From Tissierellia bacterium (GTDB lineage: Bacteria; Bacillota; Clostridia; Peptostreptococcales; Acidaminobacteraceae), in NCBI GenBank assembly GCA_012727635.1, contig JAAYGQ010000102.1, positions 1 through 59,130 of the forward strand: a DNA stretch of 59,130 nucleotides. Reading direction: 5' to 3'. The notes under the pieces are model-generated. The model made no database searches. It saw nothing but the letters and a program-made list of their open reading frames with translations, and was not told the origin of the DNA. The position numbers were made by a program, and so were the translations under genes. Shown piece by piece: positions 1 through 9,899 of the stretch; within the stretch, counting starts at the first letter, position 1; every line of letters starts with the position of its first letter.

Positions 1-78
1 GGAAGTCCTCCTTACAGTAGCGGGGGCTGCTGTGGACTTGCACCACATTCCCTATTCTCAATCAAGCACCTAGATCTT
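1..78 (-). promoter_or_regulatory. Cobalamin (B12) riboswitch, 5' half only (runs off the left edge of the window)
   Basis: The minus strand reads GAGAATAGGGAATGTGGTGCAAGTCCACAGCAGCCCCCGCTACTGTAAGGAGGAC. This matches the conserved AGGGAA..GGTG.AA.TCC..GC.G.CCCGC.ACTGTAA core of cobalamin riboswitches. The B12-box half and the regulated gene would lie left of position 1. Confidence 0.7.
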
Positions 79-89
79 TTATCACTTCC

Positions 90-118
90 ATTATATTGCT
101 TTGTTAATTTATTTGCAA
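90..118 (-). promoter_or_regulatory. Sigma-A type promoter for the riboswitch leader
   Basis: Minus strand TTGCAA (113-118), 17-nt spacer, TATAAT (90-95), just upstream of the riboswitch core. Confidence 0.55.
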
Positions 119-264
119 GGACTTCTTGTGTTTTCCAGTAGATCATCATATGGTTTTTGAATATTTTCTAGCCTTCTTTGATATATCCTGTATAATAAAC
201 CTGTGTTAAGTTTGCCTATTTATATTTAATTTAAAGTGGCATTCGGATTGGAGAAAGGAATTTT

Positions 265-1500
265 ATGGATACGCTTTGGACAAGAGACTTCAAACTTATT
301 TTCAGCGGAACGGTAATCTCCGCCATAGCAGGCCAGGCCATGCAGCTTCCCCTAATGCTTATGACTTTTGCAAATACTGGTTCTCTGCAGCTATCCAGTT
401 ATCTTATGATTCTTGCTATGCTACCAAATATTGTTCTTCCTCTTCTAGTTTCACCCTTTGTTGATAGAGCGCCCAAGAAATATATCATTGTGATTCTTGA
501 TTATCTTATGGCTCTAACCTTTTTCCTATTTGCCTTTCTCACACGGGAAGGATTTGTATACAGTCATTATTTGGCTTTGGCTTTCACCACAGGCTCTATT
601 AGTGCCGTCTACATGATTGCCTATCAAGCCTGGTATCCTCTTCTCATTCCCAAGGGCCATATGCAAAAGGGCTACGCCGTCAGCTCAACACTCTATCCTA
701 CGGTGATGATGATTATGGCACCGGTATCAGCCTTTATGTATAAATCCGTACCCATGCATTATCTATTCATCTTGGTAGCTATCCTATGCGCCCTAGCAGC
801 AACTGCTGAACTGTTTATAGAAAATCAAGGCAGGACTCCGGGACACGATATGGACCTTAGAGCTTTTTTCAGAGATATGCAAGAAGCCATAGACTATCTT
901 AAAAAAGAAAAAGGACTTATAAATATTTACACTTATATGTCCCTTTCCAGCGGCACAGCTATGGCCATCCATTTGTATATTCAGGTGTTTTTCCAAACTT
1001 CAGCTATTTTAGGAGTAACAAAACTAGGTTTTCTCACCACGGCCGAAACCTTGGGAAGAACCCTAGGTGGTATTGTCCAATATAAAGTCGTTGTGCCAGC
1101 AAAAAAACGCTTTCCTATTACTCAAATTGTTTATTATAGCTATGGCATCCTGGATATTCTGCTTCTTTTTCTTGCCTATCCCCTAATGCTATTAAACCGC
1201 TTTATTGCAGGCAGCCTAGGGGTCACCTCGGCTACCCTTCGGGAGACCAGCGTCCAGGCCTATCTACCACCAAAACTCCGAGCTAAAGTTTTGGCTTTTG
1301 CCCAAATGGCTTCCAGCCTATCTATGGTACTCTTTCAGCTCTTTGGCGGCTGGCTGGGAGACATTATCGGACCTAGAAAAAGTTTGGTCCTACTATCGGT
1401 ATTTCTAATGGGGATGGTCTTTCTTCTTATCACTTTGCCCCAAAGGATCAATGAAAAAGTCTATACCGCCACCGACGAAGCGGCACTTAAATCCATCTAA
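265..1500 (+). CDS. MFS-type transporter
   Basis: 411-aa ORF, hydrophobic throughout with about 12 predicted TM segments. GGAGAAAGG ribosome-binding site lies 8 nt upstream of the ATG. Confidence 0.75.
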   Translation: MDTLWTRDFKLIFSGTVISAIAGQAMQLPLMLMTFANTGSLQLSSYLMILAMLPNIVLPLLVSPFVDRAPKKYIIVILDYLMALTFFLFAFLTREGFVYSHYLALAFTTGSISAVYMIAYQAWYPLLIPKGHMQKGYAVSSTLYPTVMMIMAPVSAFMYKSVPMHYLFILVAILCALAATAELFIENQGRTPGHDMDLRAFFRDMQEAIDYLKKEKGLINIYTYMSLSSGTAMAIHLYIQVFFQTSAILGVTKLGFLTTAETLGRTLGGIVQYKVVVPAKKRFPITQIVYYSYGILDILLLFLAYPLMLLNRFIAGSLGVTSATLRETSVQAYLPPKLRAKVLAFAQMASSLSMVLFQLFGGWLGDIIGPRKSLVLLSVFLMGMVFLLITLPQRINEKVYTATDEAALKSI

Positions 1501-2849
1501 TGTCGAACCTTTTTTAAGAGAAGTTCCATAGCCCAATCTAAAAGTCTGCTTTTTTTGAAAGGATTTACATAGCCTCTACTTTTTTCCAAAATACTCTTTT
1601 CATGAGAAAAGGATGTGAAACTCTTTTTTCCATGATAGGCTCCCCATCCACTTTCACCCACTCCGCCAAAGGGAAGGGAACCCGCTAAGTGTAGAAGGGT
1701 ACCATCCTTCATTCCCCCACCAAAGGATAACTCCTTTACCACTTTTTTCCAAAAATCGTTATTTTCTGTAAAGCAATATAGGGCCAGGGGTTTTGGCCTT
1801 TTTTTAATAAAAAGAAACATATCCTCGGGCTCCATCTCGAAAACCGGAAGGATAGCACCGAAGATCTCCTCTTTCATTAAAGGGGATGAAACCGAAGGCT
1901 CATCTACGATATGAAGGCCAAAAAGAAGTTTTTCTTCGTCTTTTTCGCCTTCGAATAAAAGCGTCTGATCCTTTAAATAGGAATGGAGTCGCTGATAATG
2001 CTTAAGGTTTACACATCGGACCCTATCGGTATTAAAATCTCCATAGCCGCGGATAAGGGCTTCAACAAGCTCCTTCTTTTTCCCTTTTTCCACAAGAATA
2101 TAGTCCGGCGCAATACAAGTTTGTCCGCTATTCATATACTTGCCAAAAAGAATTCTCTGGGCAACTTTATCCATATCGCCGGCTTCCATAACAAGGGCCG
2201 GAGATTTGCCACCAAGCTCCAAAATGCTAGGGGAAAGAGTCTTTCCTGCCTTTTGTGCAATCATTCTTCCCACCCTAGTGCTGCCGGTAAAAAATATCAG
2301 ATCCCAGGGCTCATCCATAAGGCCCTGCTGAACCTCTTCACCGCCCAGTAGGACTTTTACCACTCTATCATTCCAGCCTTCCAGTATTTTCTTAAGACTT
2401 TTTGCTGTCTCAGGGCTTGAGCGAGAGGGCTTCATTGCCACTACATTGCCCGCTGCCAGTGCTCCAATTAAGGGTTGTAGGCTCAACAAAACAGGATAAT
2501 TCCAAGGCGAAAAGATAAGAACTCTTCCAAGAGGCTCATAGATGCTGTAGGCCTTTGCTGGCATCTGGAGAATACTGGGCATGACCTTTTTTTCCCTGGT
2601 CCAATCATCAAGCTTACTTAGCATAAGATCAATTTCAGAGTAAACAAGTAATATTTCACTGAAAAGAGCCTCCTGCCTTGTTTTGTTAAGATCAAGATAA
2701 AGGCTATTTAGAAGCTCCTCCTCATGCTCCTGAAGTTGCTTTTTAAGCCCTCTAAGAAGAAACTTTCGGTAGGAAACATTCTTGGTTAGTCCCCCTTCAT
2801 AAAATGCACTCAAACTCTGTATATCTTCGAGGAGAGATTTATTTGTCAT
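1497..2849 (-). CDS. Aldehyde dehydrogenase (ALDH3-like, NAD(P)+ dependent)
   Basis: ALDH motifs ELGGKSP, GQTCIAPDY (catalytic Cys) and EEIFGAILPV are present. Start moved to the internal ATG at 2849 (MTNKSLLEDI...), because the longer ORF to 3038 overlaps the upstream gene. Confidence 0.85.
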   Translation of the reverse strand: MTNKSLLEDIQSLSAFYEGGLTKNVSYRKFLLRGLKKQLQEHEEELLNSLYLDLNKTRQEALFSEILLVYSEIDLMLSKLDDWTREKKVMPSILQMPAKAYSIYEPLGRVLIFSPWNYPVLLSLQPLIGALAAGNVVAMKPSRSSPETAKSLKKILEGWNDRVVKVLLGGEEVQQGLMDEPWDLIFFTGSTRVGRMIAQKAGKTLSPSILELGGKSPALVMEAGDMDKVAQRILFGKYMNSGQTCIAPDYILVEKGKKKELVEALIRGYGDFNTDRVRCVNLKHYQRLHSYLKDQTLLFEGEKDEEKLLFGLHIVDEPSVSSPLMKEEIFGAILPVFEMEPEDMFLFIKKRPKPLALYCFTENNDFWKKVVKELSFGGGMKDGTLLHLAGSLPFGGVGESGWGAYHGKKSFTSFSHEKSILEKSRGYVNPFKKSRLLDWAMELLLKKVRH

Positions 2850-3372
2850 AGACAACACATTCTTCGCTGTCTTCATTAAATCTTGCCATGGCATAAATGG
2901 CATCGGAAAGGCGATTGAGATATTTAATAACCAAGGGATCCACATCGGCAATGGCCGCCAAAGAAACGGCTCTTCTTTCAGCCCTGCGACAAACCGTGCG
3001 AGCCACATGCAAAAAAGCTGAGCGAGTTCCCGAGCCATTCACAATAAAACAGTTTTTCCGCTCCACAGCATCCATATATTTATCAATGAGTTTTTCCAGG
3101 TCTAAAATATCCTTCTCACAGATCTGTGTGGGAATTTTACTTTGGTCCTGAGTCGCCAGATTCGATGCTACAGTAAAGAGTTTGTGCTGGATTGTAGTTA
3201 TTGTCTCGCGCATCGGTTCATCCTCTACAAAATTCTTTGCAACCCCCAGGGCTGCCCCCAACTCATCCACGGTTCCATAGCTCTCTACACGAATATCGTC
3301 CTTGGAAACTCGTATCTGATCGTAGAGAGAGGTCCCCCCCTTATCGCCACCCTTAGTATAAATTTTACTCAT
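2839..3372 (-). CDS. pduO: PduO-type ATP:cob(I)alamin adenosyltransferase
   Basis: The N-terminus MSKIYTKGGDKGGTSL is the hallmark of PduO/MMAB-type adenosyltransferases. GGAGGTG ribosome-binding site upstream of the ATG at 3372. Overlaps the ALDH start by 11 nt. Confidence 0.85.
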   Translation of the reverse strand: MSKIYTKGGDKGGTSLYDQIRVSKDDIRVESYGTVDELGAALGVAKNFVEDEPMRETITTIQHKLFTVASNLATQDQSKIPTQICEKDILDLEKLIDKYMDAVERKNCFIVNGSGTRSAFLHVARTVCRRAERRAVSLAAIADVDPLVIKYLNRLSDAIYAMARFNEDSEECVVYDK

Positions 3373-3476
3373 AATGCACCTCCTAGTAACATATACAGTC
3401 CCTATACCCATCTTTTGAGCAATATAAAAAGCGAGGCCAGTATACTAACCTCACTTGTTTTTGTTCTACTTATTAT

Positions 3477-5507
3477 CTAGACTGCTATTTGTTTTTTCTC
3501 ACGGGCTTTCTGAAGAAGGTAGATAAGAATCAACACCCCTAGACCTATACCATCGGATAGAAGACCAGGTTTTAGCAGTAGTAAAGCAGCTCCTAAAAGA
3601 ATCAATCGCTCATATATCTTTGTTGGTGTTACAAAATATCCCTCCACCGCTGTGGCCAAGCAAAATATTCCAAGAACCGCCGTCACAATGGTGGGTATGG
3701 CCTGATAAAAAGGAATAAAAGTGACAGTGGATCCCACCACGGTATCAACAAGAATTAGATGGGAATCTATGGCAAAGATATAGGGTACAATAAAGCCCGC
3801 CAAGGCCAGCTTAAAGGCCTGGACTCCAGTCTTCATAGAGTTTGCTCCGGCAATCCCCGCTCCGGCATAGGCTGCTAGGGCCACGGGAGGTGTAACGTCG
3901 GCAACCACACCAAAGTAAAGAATGAAAAGGTGAGCCGCCATAAGATTAACGCCCAGTTTAGTAAGGGCTGGTACGGCCATGGTAGCAAGAACGATGTACT
4001 TCGCCGTAGTAGGAAGGCCCATCCCCAGAATTAAAGAAGCAATCATCGTTAAAAATAAAGTGGCCATTAGATTGCCCCGGGCTACGGTAACAATGATTTC
4101 AGCAACCCTAAGGCCAAAGCCCGTTAGAGTTACAACGCCAACGATCATACCGGCGCAGGCACAGGCACAGGCTACACCCAGAGCATTCTTGGCACCGTTT
4201 TCAAGAGCAGCTAGAATACTCATATAGTTAAAGGAACCATCTTTTTTAATTAGAGCCACGCTATAGGCAACAACCACTGCAACCATCATGGCTACAAAGG
4301 CCGATCGAGTAGGAGTATACTGTTTTACCAGCATGTATACAACAACGATAAGTGGAATAATAAGATAACCACTTTCAAGCAAAATCTTCCGTATACTGGG
4401 AAGTTGGCTTTTGGGTATGCCCTTAAGGCCGAGCTTTGAGGCTTCAAGATGTACCATTACTCCCACAGCCATATAGTAAAGTAAAGCGGGAATCAGTGCA
4501 GCTAGAATGATGTGTACATAGGCAATACCAGTAAAGTCAGCCATGATAAAGGCAGCCGCCCCCATAACCGGTGGCATAATCTGCCCTCCCGTGGAAGCCG
4601 TCGCTTCCACTGCCCCAGCAAAATAGGGCTTATAGCCGGTGCGCTTCATAAGTGGAATGGTAAAGGCCCCCGTTGTCACCGTATTGGCTACCGATGAGCC
4701 TGAAATACTGCCCATAAGCCCACTGGAGACGACGCTGGTCATGGCAGGTCCGCTTTTCATGCTTCCTGTTAAAGCATAGGCAATATCAATAAAGAATTTG
4801 CCCACGCCGGTCTTATCAAGAAAAGAACCAAAAAGTATAAACATAAAAACAAAGGTTGCCGAAACCCCCAGGGGAATGCCAAGGATTCCTTCGGTGGTAA
4901 AGTACATATGGCTAACAATACGGTTCACAGAAAAGCCTCTATGGGCTAGTATCCCCGGTACCGAGCGACCAAAATAAGCATAGAGCAAAAAGATAATGGC
5001 CACAATGGGAAGTTCCGGACCCACTACCCTTCGGGTCAGTTCCAGGGTTAGAAGAATGGCTATAACCCCGAAATAAATGTCCCTTTGGGTCATTTTTCCG
5101 CCCTTTAAAACAATTTCCTTCACATTCATAAACAAGTACCCAAACACGACTACGGCCAATACAATAAAGAGTACATCGAAAATTGTCGGCCTTGTTTTTT
5201 TACTCTTACCGAAGGCTGGATAAAGCATAAAGCCCAGCACCATAGCAAAAATCAAGTGAAGGGAACGCTGTTTTACCGCTAGAAGGGTACCAAATCCTCC
5301 GGTATATAAATGAAATAACGACATAGAAATGGCAACAAGGGCGACAATCAAAGAGTAGGGCATCCCCATTTTTCGAAGCTTAGAAGAATCTTTGTCAAAC
5401 TGCTCTAAAAGTTCATCCACTTGCTCCAGGGCCCTTCCACTGTCTATGATTTCAATTGTCTCTTCTTTGGGTGTCGTCTCCGTTAATTTATTTTCTTGTT
5501 CGGTCAA
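3477..5507 (-). CDS. TRAP transporter fused permease (TAXI-associated, DctQ/DctM-like fusion)
   Basis: 676-aa polytopic membrane protein with an acidic N-terminal tail. It lies downstream of a TAXI binding protein and DUF1850. TTG start preceded by AGGAGGTG, overlapping the upstream TGA stop (TTGA). Confidence 0.85.
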   Translation of the reverse strand: MTEQENKLTETTPKEETIEIIDSGRALEQVDELLEQFDKDSSKLRKMGMPYSLIVALVAISMSLFHLYTGGFGTLLAVKQRSLHLIFAMVLGFMLYPAFGKSKKTRPTIFDVLFIVLAVVVFGYLFMNVKEIVLKGGKMTQRDIYFGVIAILLTLELTRRVVGPELPIVAIIFLLYAYFGRSVPGILAHRGFSVNRIVSHMYFTTEGILGIPLGVSATFVFMFILFGSFLDKTGVGKFFIDIAYALTGSMKSGPAMTSVVSSGLMGSISGSSVANTVTTGAFTIPLMKRTGYKPYFAGAVEATASTGGQIMPPVMGAAAFIMADFTGIAYVHIILAALIPALLYYMAVGVMVHLEASKLGLKGIPKSQLPSIRKILLESGYLIIPLIVVVYMLVKQYTPTRSAFVAMMVAVVVAYSVALIKKDGSFNYMSILAALENGAKNALGVACACACAGMIVGVVTLTGFGLRVAEIIVTVARGNLMATLFLTMIASLILGMGLPTTAKYIVLATMAVPALTKLGVNLMAAHLFILYFGVVADVTPPVALAAYAGAGIAGANSMKTGVQAFKLALAGFIVPYIFAIDSHLILVDTVVGSTVTFIPFYQAIPTIVTAVLGIFCLATAVEGYFVTPTKIYERLILLGAALLLLKPGLLSDGIGLGVLILIYLLQKAREKKQIAV

Positions 5508-6022
5508 TGGACACCTCCTAAAAGCAGTTTCCAGCGGGATACTTTCTGAGGGCGAAAGAGTATCGCCTCTCCCGGCCTACTGAACTCTGCAAATAAATAT
5601 TCCTTTTTCCCAATGAGAAGACGATGATTTGCCAGGCCCTTGCCCGATCGATAAATCACCTCATCAAAATATTGGTTTATATTATAAATATGAAAGCCTT
5701 CGGGCCTTATCTCAAAGTCATACTCTGTCGTTGCGGGAAGCCCGGCTCCATAGGAATGGAGCCAGGTTTCGATTAAAAGAAGCCTGCCATTTTCAAGAAG
5801 GTAGCTCTCAATCACTTCGCTGCGCTCTACGGAATGAGTATAAGCAATAGAAAAACCCTTTGCAGCGGAAAACACTGCCAAAACCTCCCCAGTAAAGACA
5901 TCGCTCAACACCAAGGCTTCTTTGGAAGAAAGAAAAAAAAGTAAAATAAATAGTAAAAGGAGGGAAGAAATGAGTTTCTTCCCTCGAAGCTTATTAATTG
6001 GCTTTGATGCCCATTTCGTCAT
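5504..6022 (-). CDS. DUF1850 domain protein (TAXI-TRAP accessory)
   Basis: Single N-terminal TM segment followed by a small domain. It sits in the canonical position between the TAXI binding protein and the fused permease. The start codon is uncertain (candidates at 6022 and 6052). Confidence 0.6.
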   Translation of the reverse strand: MTKWASKPINKLRGKKLISSLLLLFILLFFLSSKEALVLSDVFTGEVLAVFSAAKGFSIAYTHSVERSEVIESYLLENGRLLLIETWLHSYGAGLPATTEYDFEIRPEGFHIYNINQYFDEVIYRSGKGLANHRLLIGKKEYLFAEFSRPGEAILFRPQKVSRWKLLLGGVH

Positions 6023-7040
6023 AGTATCTCTGGGCACCGGGGTGTAGATCAATACTCATACCGTCTAGGGCTGTCTCTAAAGTAATATCCTCACCGCGCT
6101 TATGGGTATCAACGATGATTTGACGTCGCTCAAACATATTCTTTACGATATTATAGACCAGCTCTTCATCCATATCCTTTGGAACGATAAGCATAGCCAT
6201 AACCGCCGGAGAAACAACATCGGCTTCCTGACCTTTATAACTCCCCGCAGGAATTGTTACCGGGGTGTAGAATGGATATTTTTCTGCAAGGCTCTTAATT
6301 TTATCTTCTTCAACATTAAGTACGACGATTTCAGTTGTTTGGGCTAGCTCGGCAACAGCAGATGTGGGAATAGCCCCTGTGATAAAAGAAGCGTCAATCT
6401 GCTTGTTTTTCATATTGTCGGTGGCTTCATTAAAGGATAGATAATCGGCCTTAGCAAGGTCATCGTAAACAAGACCGTACTCAGCAAGAATCTGACGGGC
6501 ATTTACTTCGGTTCCGCTTCCCGGTGCGCCAACGGCAACGCGTTTACCGGCAAGATCACTTACCGAACTAATGCCACTTTCCTTTGTAGCGATGATTTGA
6601 ACCACTTCAGGATAGAGTGTAGCGATACCGGCAATGTTCTCGACCTTATCTTGCCCTTCATAGGTTTCAACCCCATTCACAGCATAGAAAACAACGTCAT
6701 TTTGAACAAAGGCTATCTCGGCTTCGCCGTCGCTGACAAGGGTTACATTCTCTACAGAAGCTCCTGTGGCTTGTGCTGTAGCTTGAACACCAATGTCACT
6801 TTCATTAAGTATAACGGCAATGGCCCCACCTAAGGGGTAGTAGGTTCCGCCGGTGCCTCCCGTTGCAACGGAGAGATATTGTAGTTCACCTGGTTTTTCT
6901 TCGACTTCTTCCTTAACTTCTTCAACAATTTCTTCAACGCCTTCTTTTACCTCATCAACAACTTCTTCAGCTTTTTGACATCCTAGTAACATGGTTAATA
7001 GTAGGGAGACGATTAGCACCAAAAGTAGACTTCGCTTCAT
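5994..7040 (-). CDS. TAXI-family TRAP solute-binding lipoprotein
   Basis: Signal peptide with an LLGC lipobox, an acidic linker, and a TGGTGGTYYPLGG motif typical of TAXI (TIGR02122-like) binding proteins. Confidence 0.85.
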   Translation of the reverse strand: MKRSLLLVLIVSLLLTMLLGCQKAEEVVDEVKEGVEEIVEEVKEEVEEKPGELQYLSVATGGTGGTYYPLGGAIAVILNESDIGVQATAQATGASVENVTLVSDGEAEIAFVQNDVVFYAVNGVETYEGQDKVENIAGIATLYPEVVQIIATKESGISSVSDLAGKRVAVGAPGSGTEVNARQILAEYGLVYDDLAKADYLSFNEATDNMKNKQIDASFITGAIPTSAVAELAQTTEIVVLNVEEDKIKSLAEKYPFYTPVTIPAGSYKGQEADVVSPAVMAMLIVPKDMDEELVYNIVKNMFERRQIIVDTHKRGEDITLETALDGMSIDLHPGAQRYYDEMGIKAN

Positions 7041-7169
7041 AATATCCTCCTTTAACTTTACTTAGTCTAATCACAAACATTTTTTCATATTGTGTCAAGA
7101 GTGTTAAATATTATCTTGTAGTTCGATATTTTACATTAGATAAAAGTCTCAATAAAAATTCATTTAAAC

Positions 7170-7208
7170 AATAAAAATAAAGAGAACAGCCCCAAGGCTA
7201 CTCTCTTT
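7170..7208 (-). terminator. Rho-independent terminator of clpB
   Basis: Minus strand AAAGAGAGTAGCC-TTGG-GGCTGTTCTCTTT followed by ATTTTTATT, 28 nt after the clpB stop. Confidence 0.75.
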
Positions 7209-7235
7209 ATCAATGAATTCTTTCTTTTGAAGGCC

Positions 7236-9818
7236 CTACTTCTTTGTGATCAGGAGCTTTTCTTCTTTAACAGTAACCAGCGCAACATCTCCCGGGAGAA
7301 TCTCCCCCTTTATCAGAGCCATGGCAAAAAGAGTCTCAACATTTCTTTGGATAAAGCGTTTCATTGGCCTTGCCCCGAAACGAATATCATAGGAATCTTC
7401 AATGATAAGCTCCTTAGCTTCATCACTCATCTCTAGATGGACGTCCTGCTGCTCTAAGCGTTCCTTTAAATCCCTCAAGAGCAGATGAATAATCTTCTTC
7501 ATATCTTCCTTGGTTAGAGGGTTGTAGACCACAATCTCATCGAGGCGGTTTAAGAACTCCGGTCTAAAATAATTATGGAGTTCCTCCATGACGCTGGACT
7601 TAACTTCATCGGAAATTCCTTTGTTCTCTTCCATACTCCGCAAAAGTTTCTCCGAGCCAATATTGGAGGTCATAATAATGATGGTATTTTTAAAATCTAC
7701 GGTGCGCCCCTTGGAGTCAGTAATTCGCCCATCATCCAGTACCTGAAGTAGCACGTTGAATACGTCGCGGTGAGCCTTTTCTATTTCATCAAAGAGTATA
7801 ACGCTATAGGGCTGTCTACGGATAGCTTCGGTAAGCTGACCACCCTCTTCATAACCTACATAGCCTGGAGGGGCTCCGATCATACGGGCAACGGAATGCT
7901 TTTCCATATACTCGCTCATGTCGATGCGTACCATATTCTTTTCTGAATCAAAAAGTTGACGAGATAGGCTCCTGGCAAGTTCGGTCTTACCCACTCCGGT
8001 GGGTCCAAGAAAGAGAAAGCTACCTACGGGTTTTCCTGGGTCCTTTACTCCTGCTCGGGAGCGGATAATGGCTTCAGCCACTCTCTTAACGGCCTCTGCT
8101 TGACCAATGACTTCTTCGTTTAAGGTATCTTCGAGGTGTATGAGCTTTTGTCTTTCCGTCTCCATGAGTTTTTCTAAAGGAATCCCCGTCCAAAGTGAAA
8201 CCACACCAGCAATTTCTTCTTCGGTGACTACTTCGCGCAGGAGTTCATAGGCTCCTTCTCTGTCTTCATTTTGTATCCTTTGGAGCTCCTCTTTAAGCTG
8301 AGGAAGAACGCCATAGCTCAATTCAGCCACTCTTTGAAGATCGTATTCGCGCTGGGCTGCTTCAATCTGATTTTGAACATCCTCAATTTGCAGCTTCAGC
8401 TCGCCGGATTTTTCGACATCTTCTTTTTCACTGAGCCATTTCGTGTTTAACTTTTCAAAGTCCGTCTTTAAAACAGAAGTCTCATCCTCTAGTATTTTTC
8501 TGCGTAGAATGCTCTTCTCATCGATTTCTTTTTTTAGAGCCTCCAGTTCAATTTCCTTGGTCATGATTTTCCTGGAAATTTCATCCATTTCCTGGGGCAT
8601 GGATTCCATTTCCGTTTTTATCAGGGCGCAGGCTTCATCGACCAAGTCTATGGCCTTATCAGGAAGAAAACGGTCACTTATATAGCGGTTGGATAAAACC
8701 GCTGCTTCAATGAGGGCTCCATCGGTAATGCTAACGCCATGGAATATTTCATAGCGCTCCTTAAGCCCCCGAAGAATCGTTATCGTATCTTCCACCGTGG
8801 GTTCAAGCACCATAACCGGTTGAAAACGCCTCTCCAGGGCGGCGTCCTTTTCAATATACTTTTGATATTCGCCCAGCGTGGTGGCACCTATGGCATTTAA
8901 CTCTCCCCGGGCCAATAGGGGCTTTAACATATTTCCCGCATCCATAGACCCCTCGGCTTTGCCCGCGCCAACAATATTGTGAAGTTCATCGATAAAAAGC
9001 AAAATCTTCCCATCGCTGTTTTTGACTTCATCCAAAACGGCCTTTAGCCGTTCTTCAAATTCCCCCCGGTATTTTGCTCCCGCCATAAGTGAACCCATAT
9101 CCAAGGCAAAAACCGTCTTGTCCTTCATACTATCGGGTACATCCCCCCGAACAATACGCTGGGCTAGACCCTCAGCAATGGCGGTTTTACCCACACCGGG
9201 TTCTCCAATTAACACGGGATTGTTCTTTGTTTTTCTTGAAAGGATCCGAATGGTTCTTCGGATTTCTTCATCTCTTCCAATAACCGGATCAAGCCGATTG
9301 TCCCGAGCTAGTTCCACAAGATCTGTACCGTATTTCTCTAAAACATTATAGGTATCTTCGGGGTTATCCGAAGTAACCCTTTTGTTTCCCCGTATATCTT
9401 TAAGAACTAGAAGCAATTTTTCTCTCGAGAGCCCCTGGGATACCAAAAAATCCTTTGCATGACTTTCGGTATCAAAAAGCGCTATCAAGATGTGCTCCAC
9501 AGAGACAAATTCATCCTTCATAGACTGTGCAATTTTTTCTGCTCGAAGCAAAAGGTTATTTGTCTTTGCTGAGAGATAAATTTGAGCATTGCCCGTAACC
9601 TTCGGTTTTTTTGAAATTGCTTCTCTGAGGCCCTCTCTAAGGTCCGCCACTGAAATATCGGCCTTTTCAAGTATTTGCACACAAAAACTTTTGTCTTCTT
9701 CCACAAGACCAAGCAACAAATGTTCTGGGTCTAGAAGACTATTGGCATATTCACCCGCTATAAAATTGGCTTGATTCATAGCATCAACCAAGCTCTTTGT
9801 CATTTTTTCGTAATCCAT
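7236..9818 (-). CDS. clpB: ATP-dependent chaperone ClpB
   Basis: 860 aa. Clp N-domain, two Walker A sites ([16 protein letters not shown]) and a long coiled-coil middle domain between the AAA modules. Confidence 0.97.
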   Translation of the reverse strand: MDYEKMTKSLVDAMNQANFIAGEYANSLLDPEHLLLGLVEEDKSFCVQILEKADISVADLREGLREAISKKPKVTGNAQIYLSAKTNNLLLRAEKIAQSMKDEFVSVEHILIALFDTESHAKDFLVSQGLSREKLLLVLKDIRGNKRVTSDNPEDTYNVLEKYGTDLVELARDNRLDPVIGRDEEIRRTIRILSRKTKNNPVLIGEPGVGKTAIAEGLAQRIVRGDVPDSMKDKTVFALDMGSLMAGAKYRGEFEERLKAVLDEVKNSDGKILLFIDELHNIVGAGKAEGSMDAGNMLKPLLARGELNAIGATTLGEYQKYIEKDAALERRFQPVMVLEPTVEDTITILRGLKERYEIFHGVSITDGALIEAAVLSNRYISDRFLPDKAIDLVDEACALIKTEMESMPQEMDEISRKIMTKEIELEALKKEIDEKSILRRKILEDETSVLKTDFEKLNTKWLSEKEDVEKSGELKLQIEDVQNQIEAAQREYDLQRVAELSYGVLPQLKEELQRIQNEDREGAYELLREVVTEEEIAGVVSLWTGIPLEKLMETERQKLIHLEDTLNEEVIGQAEAVKRVAEAIIRSRAGVKDPGKPVGSFLFLGPTGVGKTELARSLSRQLFDSEKNMVRIDMSEYMEKHSVARMIGAPPGYVGYEEGGQLTEAIRRQPYSVILFDEIEKAHRDVFNVLLQVLDDGRITDSKGRTVDFKNTIIIMTSNIGSEKLLRSMEENKGISDEVKSSVMEELHNYFRPEFLNRLDEIVVYNPLTKEDMKKIIHLLLRDLKERLEQQDVHLEMSDEAKELIIEDSYDIRFGARPMKRFIQRNVETLFAMALIKGEILPGDVALVTVKEEKLLITKK

Positions 9819-9830
9819 AACTACCTCCTG

Positions 9831-9857
9831 TTAGCAGTCGTCTTTAGTGAGTGCTAA
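9831..9857. promoter_or_regulatory. CIRCE element (HrcA operator)
   Basis: TTAGCAGTC-N9-GAGTGCTAA against the consensus TTAGCACTC-N9-GAGTGCTAA (1 mismatch). It lies between the clpB promoter and the ribosome-binding site. Confidence 0.85.
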
Positions 9858-9861
9858 TTAC

Positions 9862-9889
9862 ATTATACAATAAATAGAGATTAAATCAA
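9862..9889 (-). promoter_or_regulatory. clpB promoter
   Basis: Minus strand TTGATT (9884-9889), 16-nt spacer, TATAAT (9862-9867), immediately upstream of CIRCE. Confidence 0.6.
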
Positions 9890-9899
9890 GCTCTGTATT

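Noticed and set aside
2850-3038. 63-aa N-terminal extension of the aldehyde dehydrogenase ORF (track ORF 1497-3038).
   Set aside because: The extension overlaps the C-terminal third of the well-supported PduO gene in another frame and has no ALDH similarity. The conserved ALDH sequence begins at the internal ATG at 2849.
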